64,000 bases of DNA from Eledone cirrhosa (GCA_964016885.1 OZ024745.1:129580001-129644000); one strand, 5' to 3'; counted from the first letter of the stretch, positions 27,382-43,829 are shown. Notes: generated by a model from the letters alone, not told the origin. Numbers and translations: made by a program.

Positions 27382-27443
<62 letters not shown>

Positions 27444-27856
27444 GAAAATTTAAATCGATGTGTTGGCATGGAGGCCAACGTGAGTTATCGATTTAACTAC
27501 CAATGGAACTGCTCGTCAACAGCTTAGATCATGTGTCGAAATTAGCCTTGGAGCATATCGTATCGATTTTATTCATAGGACAGCAGTACCTATGTGCAAA
27601 CTATCAGACAGATAACGATAATATACATACATACATGCCCCCCCCCCCGCACACACGCTATATATATATAAGTACTAGAGGTGCAATTTAATTGCATTCA
27701 CAGGCGAGTATGCTAAGATGTGCACTCGATGCTCTTGGGGAACACAGTGTTAATAATAATAATGAATAGGGAACTTGAATCAGTATTATATCATATACAT
27801 GTATATATATATCGCTATATGTATGGTCCATCTGGTTCCTTACCACATTTCCTTCG

Positions 27857-27916
<60 letters not shown>

Positions 27917-27979
27917 AAATGAAGTAATATAGAAGAAACCACTGGTAAATGGAATAATTGCCTTATGTTATTTATTACA

Positions 27980-28043
<64 letters not shown>

Positions 28044-28073
28044 AATATATATATATATGTATGTAAATATATG

Positions 28074-28106
<33 letters not shown>

Positions 28107-28111
28107 GTAAA

Positions 28112-28152
<41 letters not shown>

Positions 28153-28338
28153 AAAATATATATTGAGTAAGAAAACCATCGGTTTTTAATTTTTCTTAAT
28201 TTATTCTTTTAACTGAGTCTGGCAAATTGTATTCTTCATAGTTAGTATCCTGTCACACTAGCGAATCTGGTCCCTTATAATTTGAACACATATATGTATA
28301 TATCTGTGTTTATCTCTCTTTATTATATTAGATTATAT

Positions 28339-28379
<41 letters not shown>

Positions 28380-28458
28380 ATAATAATAAATTTGAATACT
28401 AAAATCCAAAGAGGGCTCGATAAGGATAAATATATATCAAATATATATGAACCCTAGA

Positions 28459-28548
<90 letters not shown>

Positions 28549-28746
28549 TTAAGGATACTCTTTATGGTAATGTATGTAATAGAACCTTTTATGGTTATAT
28601 ATTTTTTATACAAACCCTAAATAATGAAAGATAGTCATTAATTACTATCTTATTACGAGTAAGATAAATAGCTCAATGTAATAACATCGGTTGTTTTACA
28701 GTTATATAGAGATTACAATAATCAAAGTTCAGTTTAAATCATTTAT

Positions 28747-28795
28747 TTGCTTACAATTGTTTCCTCCAAACCGAGGTTTGGATTCTTCGGAGCAA
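28747..28795 (-). ncRNA. Minimal HHR (family G, U4C core variant)
   Basis: Reverse complement of 29382-29430 with a fully paired tccaaacc/ggtttgga stem II. Confidence 0.75.
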
Positions 28796-29381
28796 CTATT
28801 TAGTGATCTATAACATACTTGACCTCCTTTTCAACACAAGAGACATATAAAAACATATGCACATATTGATCCACAGTGGGATGACATCCATCAAAATGAT
28901 ATAGCATGGCAATTTACATATAAAGGATAAAAATAAAAATAAAAATAAAAATAAAAATAAAAATAAAAATAAAAATAAAAATAAAAATAAAAATAAAAAT
29001 AAAAATAAAAATAAAAATAAAAATAAAAATAAAAGTAAAAATAAAAATAAAAATAAAAATAAAAATAAAAATAAAAATAAAAATAAAAATAAAAATGAGG
29101 ATATAAATAAGACACGCGTGCATGCTACACGTGAGATTGTTTCATACACTGACTACTCTAAATTTTCCCCTTGCTTTATCTTCATAAACTGCCAATGCTT
29201 CATTTTTATTTTTATTTTTATTTTTATTTTTATTTTTATTTTTATTTTTATTTTTATATGTAAATTGCCATGCTATATCATTTTGATGGATGTCAACCCA
29301 CTGTGGATCAATATGTGCATATGTTTTTATATGTCTCTTGTGTTGAAAAGGAGGTCAAGTATGTTATAGATCACTAAATAG

Positions 29382-29430
29382 TTGCTCCGAAGAATCCAAA
29401 CCTCGGTTTGAAGGAAACAATTGTAAGCAA
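29382..29430 (+). ncRNA. Minimal HHR (family G, U4C core variant)
   Basis: ttgct-CCGAAGA-atccaaacc tc ggtttgaag-GAAA-caattg-TA-agcaa. Confidence 0.75.
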
Positions 29431-29568
29431 ATAAATGATTTAAACTGAACTTTGATTATTGTAATCTCTCTCTCTCTATATATATATGTATTTATATATA
29501 TATATATATAAATACATATATATATATATGTATTTATATATATATATATATAAATACATATATATATA

Positions 29569-29637
<69 letters not shown>

Positions 29638-29757
29638 CTACCAATATTGATGCTGATTTTGTGCAGATTAGTACGTCCATTTCAGAACACTAATAAGAGT
29701 AAATCGGTAAAGAAACCCACCAAATATGTGTTTCCTCGTTGTTTAAATCATATACAC

Positions 29758-29803
29758 GCCATCTGATAAAGATTTAACAAGATCCGAAAATCGATTAAAG
29801 ATG
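29758..29803 (+). ncRNA. Degenerate minimal HHR
   Basis: CTGATAA-agatttaacaagatcc-GAAA-atcgat-TA-aagatg; core G8A mutated and stem I weak. Confidence 0.45.
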
Positions 29804-29971
29804 TTTAATATCTTTTCCTTATACAGGGAAATTTGTATTTCCTAACATATTTACATGTCTCCATATTAACAATATGTATATTTACATACGCATCGGTGCA
29901 GTCTCAATTACCCACTCTGTAGATATACAGATATAACTTTGTTTTACACTTCGATTATTTAGCGCACCTCT

Positions 29972-30011
<40 letters not shown>

Positions 30012-30013
<2 letters not shown>

Positions 30014-30150
30014 TTTGAGTATATGTTGGTTGTTTGCCGACACCTCAGTATGCAGATTGGAGCACTCGACGAAGTACGCAGGTTGGTTTGGTAGCAGTAC
30101 ATCTTTAATAAACGAAGCCAAATTTTAAATATTTAACTTAATTATTTTAT
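30012..30150 (-). mobile_element. Family B element, truncated
   Basis: Reverse complement of the 9430-9510 tail joined to an inverted arm fragment. Confidence 0.75.
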
Positions 30151-30224
30151 ATATATATATATATACATATGTATATATATCACAGAAAAAAGTGAATCAG
30201 TGTTGCGACGAAAGGAATTTATTG

Positions 30225-30320
30225 GACATATTACAAATGTTTCTCGATTGACCAGCTCGAGGCCCGATTGATATGGTGATCCCACCTGACCCTGAAATCA
30301 ACACGGCCGTCAGATACGTC
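30225..30320 (-). ncRNA. Hammerhead ribozyme motif (family N)
   Basis: Minus strand gacgtat-CTGACGG-…tcga-GAAA-catttg-TA-atatgtc; 7-bp stem I; a sister copy at 40453-40619 has CTGAGGA in its inverted arm. Confidence 0.7.
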
Positions 30321-30347
30321 TCGAGTCTACGAAGCAGATTTTTCCAA

Positions 30348-30394
<47 letters not shown>

Positions 30395-31055
30395 AGTGTG
30401 TTTTTGTATGTATGTATATTTATATATATGTGTGTGTGTGAGTCTGTGTGTATGTATATATATTTATATATATATGTGTGTGTGCGTTTGTGTGTGAATG
30501 CCTGTACGCTTGAGTGTTTGTGTTTGTGAGTGCACGTTTATGTGTGCATATTTGTGTGCATGTGTGTGTGTGTGTTGCAGTGTGGGTGTTTGTTTTGGTG
30601 TGTGTTTGTTGTTTTCGTATAATCGACTATATAGAGGGTGAGACAAAGACAGAGAGAGAATTAGCGCTGTCCTAGTAACAAATGAGAGAAGAGATTAGGT
30701 CTGTATGATGTCACTTCCGTCTCATTTAGCATCATATTAACCATACCCTTCTGAAGGATTGCTCAACATAGTTCCCACACCATCCAAGGCTTTAAATAGC
30801 TCGACTATGTGCAAAAATAATTAATATGCCGTATGTTATTTGATTAGTGTAGTCTGAAGGAGTATCTGTAGAATTTGACAGGCACACTTCATTGGCCTCT
30901 TTCCACAACTAAATATATCAGTTAAACGAGATACAGTCAGTGACGTATGCCTTGACAAAGTGACTCTTACCGTCTGCGTGGTTCTACGGCAGTCTATTTC
31001 TCTATCTATTTGTCGCAGCCAAGTTTCTCACAGATTTTACACACACATACATGTG

Positions 31056-31330
31056 AAGGCGTGTGACTGAGTGCTTAGAGAATTGGACTCACAATCTTGA
31101 GGTTGTGAGTTCGATTCCTGGACCAGGCGATGCGTTATGTCCTTGAGCAAGACACATTTTTTCACGTTGCTCCTGCTACCTGGAGTTGCGACCGATAGAT
31201 AGTATTAGCAACTGGAAAGACCGACGGAAACGTTGTTTCCTCGGTCCAATTTGACGAAAGTCGATCGAAAGAAAAAAAATTACACACGTACATACGACCG
31301 ATCCAGACGGTCATTATTGTGATCCAGAAA
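31056..31330 (+). mobile_element. Second tRNA-derived SINE family
   Basis: tRNA-like head with B-box gagttcgattcc followed by tgtccttgagcaagacac, a widespread SINE core motif. Confidence 0.7.
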
Positions 31331-31462
31331 CCTTTGGTAATGAAGTAGTTATATTTTGTGTTGTTCACTTTCTAATAAAATATATATATATATAGACACG
31401 CACCTACACAAACACAGACAGACTGACACTCACATACATAAACACAGATACAGGTACACGCA

Positions 31463-31516
<54 letters not shown>

Positions 31517-31691
31517 TATACTTTAACTTTAATTATATCTCATAAAATAATACAACTGGTTTTTCCACATTATACATATTGTTAGCACCCCAAACACTTA
31601 AATTGGGTCTATATTTTAATATAACCTAATGTTTGTTGGGTGAGATGGTTACCAGTCAGAGTTTAGCTTTATACTATCTCTGTTATTGTAT

Positions 31692-31748
<57 letters not shown>

Positions 31749-31774
31749 CATTCTAATTGAATGGAATGAAGCAT

Positions 31775-31935
31775 GTGTGCCATGTTGGTGTAATTGTAAC
31801 ACATTGGTCCGGTAAACCAAAGACGTGGGTTCGTGTCCGAATACTCATCCTTTTTTTCCATTCAGAGGGTTTTTAACAATCCCAACTAACACACTAATTC
31901 TATGTCGTCAAATACGGCATAACCAAATCTTACTA
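31775..31935 (+). mobile_element. tRNA-derived repeat (third family); related copy at ~63688-63810
   Basis: tggtgtaattgtaacacattggtccggtaaaccaaagacgtgggttcgtgtcc is tRNA-like; its downstream sequence is shared with 63690-63810. Confidence 0.55.
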
Positions 31936-31954
31936 TATATATATATATATATAT

Positions 31955-32463
<509 letters not shown>

Positions 32464-33776
32464 GTTTATTTACTTTAATGAAGAAAAAGATCGCTCTCCA
32501 CAATCGTTGTCAACCAAATGTTTTTCAGAGCAATTACAGAATTCAAATTGTCTGAGATTTTTTGTGTCTTGTCAAATCTGTAATAAAATTTCAAATCGCA
32601 GTAACTTGTAGTTGCCCACGAGTTCTTATGTTGACAAACTACCAGACATGGTAGACAACATTTTCTGGCAAATGGAATATCCTGTCCTTCACTAATTCTG
32701 TTCATCACACTTTGGTTTTGATTTGGCTTCTTTCTTCCAAGAATAATAATATTCTTCTTCCTTTTAAAGCTTCTTGTGCATAGGTTCGGGAAAGTAGAAT
32801 CGAACTTGGGATAAATTACACTATTGCATTCATCTGGATGAGTAAAAACGTCACTGGGTTGTAATTTTTTAAACGAATCGAAGATTTATTCTAACAGAAA
32901 AATTAGGTTCTAGTTTAATTTTTTTATGTAGTCTGTTCTAAACAATTTTAAATATTCAAAATTAAATTTTCATACATTCGAATGAGGAAACGTGTGAGAA
33001 CTTTAAATTTTAATCACAAAAAATACACTTTGCTGGTTGCTGATTTTCATTGCAATTGTGAACGGGTCAAGAAAAATATTCTGGGTAGTGGTCACATGAT
33101 TGAATCCGAGTTAGGAGTACCAAATAATCGTACGAAATAAACCAAATTCATCAATAAAACAAATGTGTAAAATGAAACCTTTTCTGGTTTCTTCCTCTTA
33201 ACTGCCAAGCAATTAGTTATACATTTTCTCGCGTCTCTTATGTTATTTTTATTGTTAGACCACTCACCTTCAACAAAGGCATAGTTCATAATACTCCGTC
33301 ATTTACTTTAGTCACCATTGTAATCAATGGACTAATGAGGAAGAAACGTACTCCCTACGATCTCAGGGAGGAATGAGTTTCTCCGAAACATCAATTTTTC
33401 TCTACCAGAGGTAAAGACATACACATATAGTAAACACAGTAAACAAATAAGAAACACATAGAGGTAAACACATAGTAAACTTTCAATGTACCAATGAATA
33501 CAAGTTTTGCCAATGGATATCACCACTCGTCTCTCTGCATCTTATCATACAATTCACACACACACGCACGCACACACAAATACATGTACACACACACACG
33601 CACCCACACGCATGCACACATACACATGCACACACATATATTAAGATGTATTGGTATGTATGAATATATATATATATTATGAAATACTGTTGGATTCTTG
33701 CTACAATAATTTCAATACTTTTCATTTATATATATATATAGGTATATATAAATATGAATGTATACATGTGTGTGTA

Positions 33777-33826
<50 letters not shown>

Positions 33827-33988
33827 TGTATTTCTAATTATGTATTAATTTACACATCTTATATATATATATATATACATACATACACACATACTTCCCC
33901 ACAGACAGACACAGACACACACACACACACAAACACATATATATTAATATATATAGGTATGTATGTATATATATAGATATAGTACGTA

Positions 33989-34040
<52 letters not shown>

Positions 34041-34207
34041 AAAGTTCTATTACATTGTTGGGATACAAGAAGCAAATATTTTTATAACTGATATAAAGCA
34101 CCCAACAAATAATTGGAGTAAAAATACTATCCGGGAGCTTCCAACAGTAATGGTTGCATTCTTTAAGGGTATGTCAATATTTATTTATAAAATTGCTCTA
34201 TATTATA

Positions 34208-34268
34208 TTTTATCTGATGAAAGCACACCATAATTTAACTTGGTGTCCTTGAAATATGTATAATGAAA
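34208..34268 (+). ncRNA. Minimal hammerhead ribozyme (family M) within element ~34039-34310
   Basis: ttttat-CTGATGA-aagcacacca taatttaact tggtgtcctt-GAAA-tatgta-TA-atgaaa. Confidence 0.85.
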
Positions 34269-35023
34269 TAAATATAGGTTTATAAATATAGTTTCCATTT
34301 GTTAATATCGTATATATAGATATATATATATATATCGATATAGGTACGTATATATGTATTTATAAATATAAATACAAATACATGCATGTGAATGTGTATA
34401 TATATATATGCATGTATTTCTTTTTGTATTAATTTATACATCTCATACATACATACATATATACATACATACACATACATATATTCATACATACATACAT
34501 ACACATATACATACATATATACATACATACATACACACATACACATATACATACATATATTCATACATACATACACATATACATACATATATACATACAT
34601 ACATACACATATACATACAAATACTCATTCATACATACATACACATATACATACATATATTCATACATACATGCACATACAAATATACATACATACATAC
34701 ACATATACTCACTCACATAACCACATACCCACATACACACACACGCAAAGATACACACACACACACAGACAAAGCCATATGAATCCGTCTTGCATGTGTT
34801 CGTAAGTGTCATTATTTAAACAAATATTTCTAATGCCAACGGCCACCCCGTGTGTTTACTGTTATCATACTAACACACACTCTATCTTCCCCCTTTACCT
34901 AAAGCATTTCATTGCCCAATTCAAATCTGTCTTTTGCTATACTCATTCATTATTCCAAGAAACCATTCATTCGGTCATTCGTTAAAGCATTCTATTAAAA
35001 CTATCTATTTATCTATCTATCCA

Positions 35024-35111
<88 letters not shown>

Positions 35112-35189
35112 TCTCTCACACTCTCTGTCTCTTTCTGTGTATATATATATATATATATATATAAACATACACACATATATATATATATA

Positions 35190-35290
<101 letters not shown>

Positions 35291-35397
35291 CATGTATACA
35301 TTTATGCATGTATGGATATATGAATGTATATATATGTTTGTATGTATACATGTATTCATGTATGCATATATGTATATATATATGTTTGTATGTAAAT

Positions 35398-35431
<34 letters not shown>

Positions 35432-35737
35432 GTGTGTGTGTATGTGTGTGTATGAATGTATGTATATATGTATGAATGTATATATATGTATGTATGTATA
35501 TATGTATGTATGGCCATCTGTGTGCCTGTCTGTGTGCCTGTCTGCTGTCTGTTTATCTTTCCATTACTACGTCTGGTACTTCGTGGCAGCTATGATTCAA
35601 TTAATACGTTCACCCGGTGTCATGAAACGGACTCACATATACATCAGTCGAAATACGCTCACTGAACACACACACACACGCACCCACACATACTTACACC
35701 AATACAAACACACATGCATACATATACACTCATGCCT

Positions 35738-35796
<59 letters not shown>

Positions 35797-35822
35797 CAGA
35801 TATATATATAATATATGATAGA

Positions 35823-36156
<334 letters not shown>

Positions 36157-36277
36157 ATATGTATGTGCGTTTGTGTGTATGTATGTATATATATATATAT
36201 ATATATATACGTTAATATATATATATAAATATATATAGGTTAATACACACACACACACACACACACCCACACTCACA

Positions 36278-36403
<126 letters not shown>

Positions 36404-37377
36404 TGTATATATATATATACAATAAGAACTTATATACACACGCTGGAGCTTATTCTATACCTCCCCTATTCAACATTATACACACCCGAGTACAGATATG
36501 CAAACACACCAACACCAACACCAACACCAACACCAACACCAACACACGTACAATAACGTGTTATGCTCATACACACATATCCACACTTATACTCAAACAT
36601 ACCCGCAAACATACGCACCAAAGCACACCAAGAAACACATATATCGCTATTAAAAACTCTGAAGAAAGATACTAACCCGTATCATTACAGAGATATCAAC
36701 ACATAGAAAAGCATACACGGACGAGTATTCCACTAATGTATCTAGACACGAACGCAGACATAAATCTATCTAAAAACTAATTCATTAAAAGAATACAAAA
36801 ACCCACACACGTGCATACCAACGTTTATAACATTATGGCGTCCATTGTTCCTCACACATACTCTGACGTCAAAACACACACAAGCATACCCACACACAAG
36901 CATACGCATACACACACACACTAACATACACACACACACTCACAATCACGCACAATCATACACATACACACTCTCACACACACTAGCATACACAAACACT
37001 CACACACACACACACACACTAGCAGACACATACACACCAACGTACACACACTAACGTACACACACACACTAGCACACAGACGCACACACAGACACACACA
37101 CACACACAAGCATACACACACGAACACGCACACACACACAACCATACATACACACAAAAATAAACACACACACACACATACTAGCATACACACACGGACA
37201 CACACACACAACAATACACACACAAGAATAAACACACATACTGACACACACACTAGCATACACACACACACTAGTATACACACACACACACACACTCGCA
37301 TACTCACACAAACACGCAGATACTCTTCAAAATACACATACAGAGAAGAGGAACTCACACAGCCATACCAACATATA

Positions 37378-37472
37378 TAATTGTTTCTACTTTAGGCACA
37401 AGGCCAGCAATTATCCAGTGTATTACTGGTACTTTATTTTATCGAGCCCGTAAGGATGAAAGGCAAAGTTAA
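37378..37472 (-). mobile_element. SINE, 3' fragment
   Basis: Family core and tail. Confidence 0.8.
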
Positions 37473-37939
37473 TTTGAACGTTTTCGGTACGCCCGGCCGA
37501 CTAACTCACTCGATATGCAAATTAGGCAGCTCAGCCGTTAATATGCATAAGGAAAGTATATACTTTCAAACGTTCAATCGATTGACAGGAAGGTATACTA
37601 TGATGATGACAACTAATAAGCTAGAAACTAGTTCATCGTTCCGTTGTCAGTGTTGAACAAAAGAGCAACGATGGTTGCCGAACACTGTACGGCTTAATTC
37701 GGGCTGTTTTTTTACAAACAAACCGAGCATTATAATAAATGTTCGGTAAACCCATACGTACATATATATATATGTGTGTGCATGTATGTATGTATATACA
37801 TACTACTGTCGGGGTCATACTTTTTCTTATATATATATATATACATAGACAGATAGATAGATATATAGATATATATATATAGAGGTATATATACATACAT
37901 TCATACAAACATAAACAAATACGTACATACACTATTACC

Positions 37940-38125
37940 CGGTGGATTGGCAGTATCGGTAGATGGTCGGATGCCATGCTTTCCACCATAGTTACGTCCC
38001 TTTACGGTCTGAGCTCAAATCCCGTCGAGTTAACTTTTCCTTTCATCCTTACGGGGTCGATAAAATAAAGTACCAGTAATACACTGGGATAACTGCTGGC
38101 CTTGTGCCAAAAGTAGAAACAATTA
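37940..38125 (+). mobile_element. Full-length tRNA-derived SINE
   Basis: A-box tggcagtatcggt, B-box-like gagctcaaatcc, conserved core. Confidence 0.9.
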
Positions 38126-38199
38126 TCCCCCACGCACACTATCACGAACAGAAATAGTAACAACGTAGATTTATATAAAAATATAACACACACGTACAC

Positions 38200-38665
38200 A
38201 CGCACACACATCAGGCCCCATACCCCCATCACGACCCCGACTCCCCACACACGCACACTCACTAGGCCCCATTCCTCTATCACGACCCCGACCCCCACAC
38301 ACGCACACACATCAGGCCCCATAGCCCCATCACGACTCCGACCCCCCTACACATGCACACACATCAGGCCCCATACCCCCATCACGACCCCGACTCCCCA
38401 CACACGCACACTCACTAGGCCCCATTCCTCTATCACGACCCCGAACCCCACACACGCACACACATCAGGCCCCATACCCCCATCACGACCCCCGAACCAC
38501 CACACACTCACACACACCAGGCCCCATACCCCTATCACGACCCCGACCCCCCACATACTCACACACAACAGGCCCCATACCCCCATCACGACCCCGACCC
38601 CCCACACACGCACACACAACAGGCCACATACCCCCATCACGACCCCCGAGCCACCACACACTCAC
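38200..38665. repeat. ~50-bp C-rich minisatellite (aggccccatacccccatcacgaccccga…cacacacgcacacac), ~9 units
   Basis: Read directly. Confidence 0.9.
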
Positions 38666-38753
38666 GCTTATAGACACATTCACATACACACACTATCAAA
38701 TACACGGCAAAGTGCACATGATGTCAATTTCTAATTTGAAACACACACACACA

Positions 38754-38827
<74 letters not shown>

Positions 38828-38985
38828 CAAACATAGTAAAAAATACATAGACACAAACTTTTAAAGCGAGTGTTGAATATTTATACAATCAGATTATTCA
38901 ACCTATCAACAAGTGAGCGACTAGAGTTTCACGCTTGCTATATTAGGCGTCCAATACCATATGTGGTCCTGTACAAATTGACATG

Positions 38986-39062
<77 letters not shown>

Positions 39063-39066
39063 AATA

Positions 39067-39102
<36 letters not shown>

Positions 39103-39103
39103 C

Positions 39104-39197
<94 letters not shown>

Positions 39198-39270
39198 GCA
39201 TATATATATATATATAAGTATATATATACATATATATCTATATATCTATATGTATATATATATATATAAG

Positions 39271-39340
<70 letters not shown>

Positions 39341-39362
39341 CATATATAAATATATATATATC

Positions 39363-39393
<31 letters not shown>

Positions 39394-39501
39394 CATATAT
39401 ATATATAAATATACTTAGATATATATATATATATATAAGTATATGTATATATATATGTATATATATATATATATGTGTATGTGTATATATACACATACAT
39501 A

Positions 39502-39538
<37 letters not shown>

Positions 39539-39565
39539 TTATGTATGAGCATATATATATATAAT

Positions 39566-39632
<67 letters not shown>

Positions 39633-39848
39633 GTGTGTGTGTACGCGTGTCTCTGGCTATATATCAATGTGAGTATGTTTACATGTGCAAGAATTTAAAT
39701 AAGTAAAAACATTTTCTTCTGCCTCTCTTCCGCTCTCAATTTTTTTCACTATATATATATAAACATACATAAACACATATATATATGTGTACATATATAT
39801 GTGTATATATCTATATATATATGTATATATACATGTATATATATATAC

Positions 39849-39965
<117 letters not shown>

Positions 39966-40106
39966 TATACTTATACCAAATATGTTTATATATATATATA
40001 TATATATATATATTTTAATGTGTGTGTGTGTGGGTGTGTGTATTTATATACACATACACATTCCAAAACAACGACATTGGTACTCAGCCATACATACATA
40101 TGTGTG

Positions 40107-40153
<47 letters not shown>

Positions 40154-40166
40154 ATATATATATATA

Positions 40167-40207
<41 letters not shown>

Positions 40208-40452
40208 TCAGAAAACATATTACGTCAAAGTAATCCAACTTAAAAAAAGAACAAAGAGATACACACACATATCACAGATGCAAACACATATATAATACAT
40301 ATACATACTTACACACATATATAATACGTATACATACACTCACACATATAATACATATACATACCCGCACACATATATAATACATATAGATACCCGCACA
40401 CATATATAATACATATACACACACGCACACATATATAATACATATACATACA

Positions 40453-40619
40453 TGCTAGGTCCTCAGATACGTCTTTATTCGTACGTAGCAGACGTATATC
40501 AGCAAGAGGTATCTGAGAACCTTGCGATTTTCAGAGTCAGGTTCGATCATCACATCGATCGTGCCTCGAGCTCGTCGGCATTGGTCGCAACACTGATTCT
40601 CTTTTTTTCTGTGAGGGTC
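40453..40619 (+). mobile_element. Family N HHR-element fragment with 5' inversion
   Basis: Aligns with the reverse complement of 30180-30320; internal inverted repeat aggtcctcagatacgtct / agaggtatctgagaacct. Confidence 0.7.
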
Positions 40620-40631
40620 ATATATATATAT

Positions 40632-41545
40632 AAGATTCCCGCAGGAGTTCTCCAAGGCGACACGCTTGCATCCTCTCTATTTGCAATTGTCCTCGATTAT
40701 GCAATAAGACAGGCCATTCATGGGAAGGAAGAAGAGTTGGGTTTCAAATTGGAACGAAGGAGAAGCTGTCGTCACCATCCAAATGTTTTCACTGACAGAG
40801 ACTTCGCCGATGACATTGCCGTGATCACAGAGGAAATCAGCCAAGCTCAAGTACTGCTCATACGTGTCGAGGTTGAATCAGTCAAAATAGGACTGCATCT
40901 CAATGTAAAGAAGTCAGAAATCATGCACTACAATCAGGTTGATCCAGCTCCAGTTATTGCTAACAATCAAAACAGTTGAGAACTTTAAGTATCTTGGTGC
41001 ATGGATGCACAGCTCATGCAAGGACTTTCAAGTTAGAAAAGCACTAGCATGGTCAGCATGCCACAAGCTACAGAAGGTGTGGAAGTCCGACCTAAACCAC
41101 AAAATCAAGGAGCGCCTCTTCCTAGCAACGGTTGAATCCGTCTTGCTTTACGGCAGTGAAACGAGGACAGCGAAACGAGGGCAGTGAAACGAGGACAAAG
41201 TGCTATGCAAGAGACTTTACGTGTGTTACAGGAGGGTGCTGAGAATGGCTCTCAACATTTCTTGGAAACAGAAGCTTACAAATAAAGAACTATACAGATC
41301 ACTACCAACAGTCTCAAAAAGAGTTGCCTTCAGACGAATGAAAGTGGCAGGGCACTGCATCCGTCACCCAGAAGTGATAGCATCTCAGCTTGTGCTCTGG
41401 AAACCGACGGTCAGACGAAGAAACCTGGGAAGACAGACCGTCTCATTCATTGATACCCTGCTGAGAGATGCCAACATTGATAACATCGATGAACTGAGAA
41501 ATGTCATGCTCGACCGGGACGATTGGAGAAATCGTGCTGAATCTG
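40632..41545 (+). pseudogene. 5'-truncated non-LTR retrotransposon (RTE-like) reverse transcriptase, frameshifted
   Basis: Motifs GVLQGDTLA..LF, DFADDI, GLHLN.KKSE, FKYLG, VESVLLYGSET across three frames; (TA)n at both ends. Confidence 0.9.
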
Positions 41546-41547
41546 TA

Positions 41548-41600
<53 letters not shown>

Positions 41601-42685
41601 ATTTGAAAAATTGGCGTCTAAGATCATAAAAAATGTATAAAAAAAGGTAGATGAAAATAACGGAAAATCGGATGAACTTCAGGACAGTCTCTCCTCGTCA
41701 GTTGAGTGCCAGAGGTCGTCGTGGTTTCGATCTCTTAAGGTCGATACCACTACCATGATTGCAATATGAGGCATGAACAAATGGACACAAGACAAGGCGA
41801 TTGGTGATTAGAAATTAATAAAATTTGCAACAAACCAATGTGCTGTAAATGGACAGAGGTGATGAAACAAAGCCCAACATATTAGCCAAGAAGATATGAC
41901 CTCTTATAAATATGTTTATGTATGCATCTGTGTATGTACGTATAGGTGTTAACACGTGCGTCTTCCTGTGTGTATATTTCTGTGAATTTAGTCAAACTGA
42001 CAACCGTAATTTACAGTCATGTTCTGTAGTGTTAGCGACAGCGCTGGCGACACTCTTGACGTCTTAACGCTACCATGACTACCAACGCTATTTTTCTAAT
42101 TCTAGAAAGTGTTTAAATATAAGTTTGAAAGTAGAGGCAACGGAGAAGAGTTCTATCTAGATCCTGTCAACAAAATCTTCCTACCGTTTAAATACACATC
42201 AAATCTTCGATTTCCGAATGGTGAAATGTCAACAGAGGGCACACAGGAATCATGATCTGGCGCGTTCCGCGTCTTCTTAGAGTGTAAGAAGTTAAATGTT
42301 GAAACACTCGCTTGAGGAGGGTTTCTTCTCTGATCACCTTTGACTGTCCTGAGTTTTTGTTTACCACTGATCTAACCGCATCATAATAAACGAACAGAAG
42401 CTTGTAACAAAACACACGCTAACATTCTCACTCATGTACACATACACATACATAGAGTCACCCATAACTATTTGTGTTAAACAAATGTTTGAAAAAGCAC
42501 TCTCAGTATATTGTAAATTTTCATTTCATTCATAAAAAAAAGAAAACTCCAATGACAATAAAATGTGATTTGATTATTCTAATGGTTGCAGTTATTCTTC
42601 CTCTGGCTGGATTTCATACTTCGTGAACAAACTTTCATATTTAGTTCACAAGCACGACTCGTTTTCCTTTTTTACCTATTCACTC

Positions 42686-42719
<34 letters not shown>

Positions 42720-42721
<2 letters not shown>

Positions 42722-42882
42722 GGAAAAAATTGAACAGGGACAAAACAGAGAGGCAGTACAATAAATGTTTATTAATTTCACGCCCAGGAGAGTGGGGGGT
42801 AGGTGGGGGACGACGTTTCGGGCATAAGCCATTCCTCAGGTGAGAAGTGTGTGGGAACAGAGTTCAAAAGGTGTGTAGGGGA

Positions 42883-42887
<5 letters not shown>
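42720..42887 (-). mobile_element. (TA)n-flanked island with HHR core
   Basis: Minus strand CTGAGGA-atggcttatgccc-GAAAC; stem I pairing is not clear. Confidence 0.55.
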
Positions 42888-42969
<82 letters not shown>

Positions 42970-43829
42970 GAATATAAACACAAAATTACTCGACAAATTA
43001 CTGATAATAGTAGAGAGAGTGTAGTATGTTTATCTTATGTCAGACATGGTTTCGTTCAACCAGTACTTAGAACAAATAAACATGTACATTAGCGGATTGA
43101 AATGAAATTAAAAATAACAATTTAAATTCCCTTTGCTGTTCTGTTCCGTATTCGCCATGTTTTTTTTTTGTTACATCAATTTCTATTCATTTTTCTACGC
43201 AAGAGTTTATTTTGAAAGTTTCCTGAACAAAACGGAGGCATCCTTGAAAATGAGTTCATTTTTTAAGAACTTGATTTACATCTAATTTGAGACTTCTCTA
43301 TAAGACAAAGGTCAAAATTCGTTGAGATATTTCTAAACGCCGCAGCGAGATACTACTTTATCTCTTATAGGGCATGTGATGTTGGTACTTTCTCCTTTAT
43401 CTCCTGATATCTAAATATATTACGAAATGATGTTACACAATAGCAGGTGGCGTTTAAATGAATGTTCTCTGTTATCATTTGATGTATTGGCACCGTATGT
43501 ACAATTTTATTTCTAATCATTTATATTTGAGAGGTAAAAATCTTTAAATTTTGACATTTGCATGTCGGCTCCTTTCTTTCGATTTTTGTCATTAAAAAAA
43601 AATCTTACGTGCAGCTGATATGCTCTACACAAGCTCAAATGACACAACCAGGCACAGGCGCAAACACACGCATATATATAATACAGCTAAGGATACTGTT
43701 CCATCGTTTCATTCTTCTTTTAAAAGTATCTACATCAGACTTGCTATTATTTCAACTATTGGTGGCCATTTAAGACGGAGGAACCGTCTCACATAATCCA
43801 GTCATCATCTGTTGTCTTATATCGTATAT

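Larger units (their letters stand above)
28546..29468 (-). mobile_element. Family G fold-back element with an HHR on each strand and an internal (AAAAAT)n tract
   Basis: ~210-bp inverted arms ~28708-28925 / 29255-29468; tail 28546-28707; (TA)n flanks. Confidence 0.85.

Noticed and set aside
32475-33330. Cys-rich short minus-strand ORF, possible DNA transposase remnant
   Set aside because: No recognisable catalytic motif could be confirmed by eye; it needs tBLASTx/HMM search.
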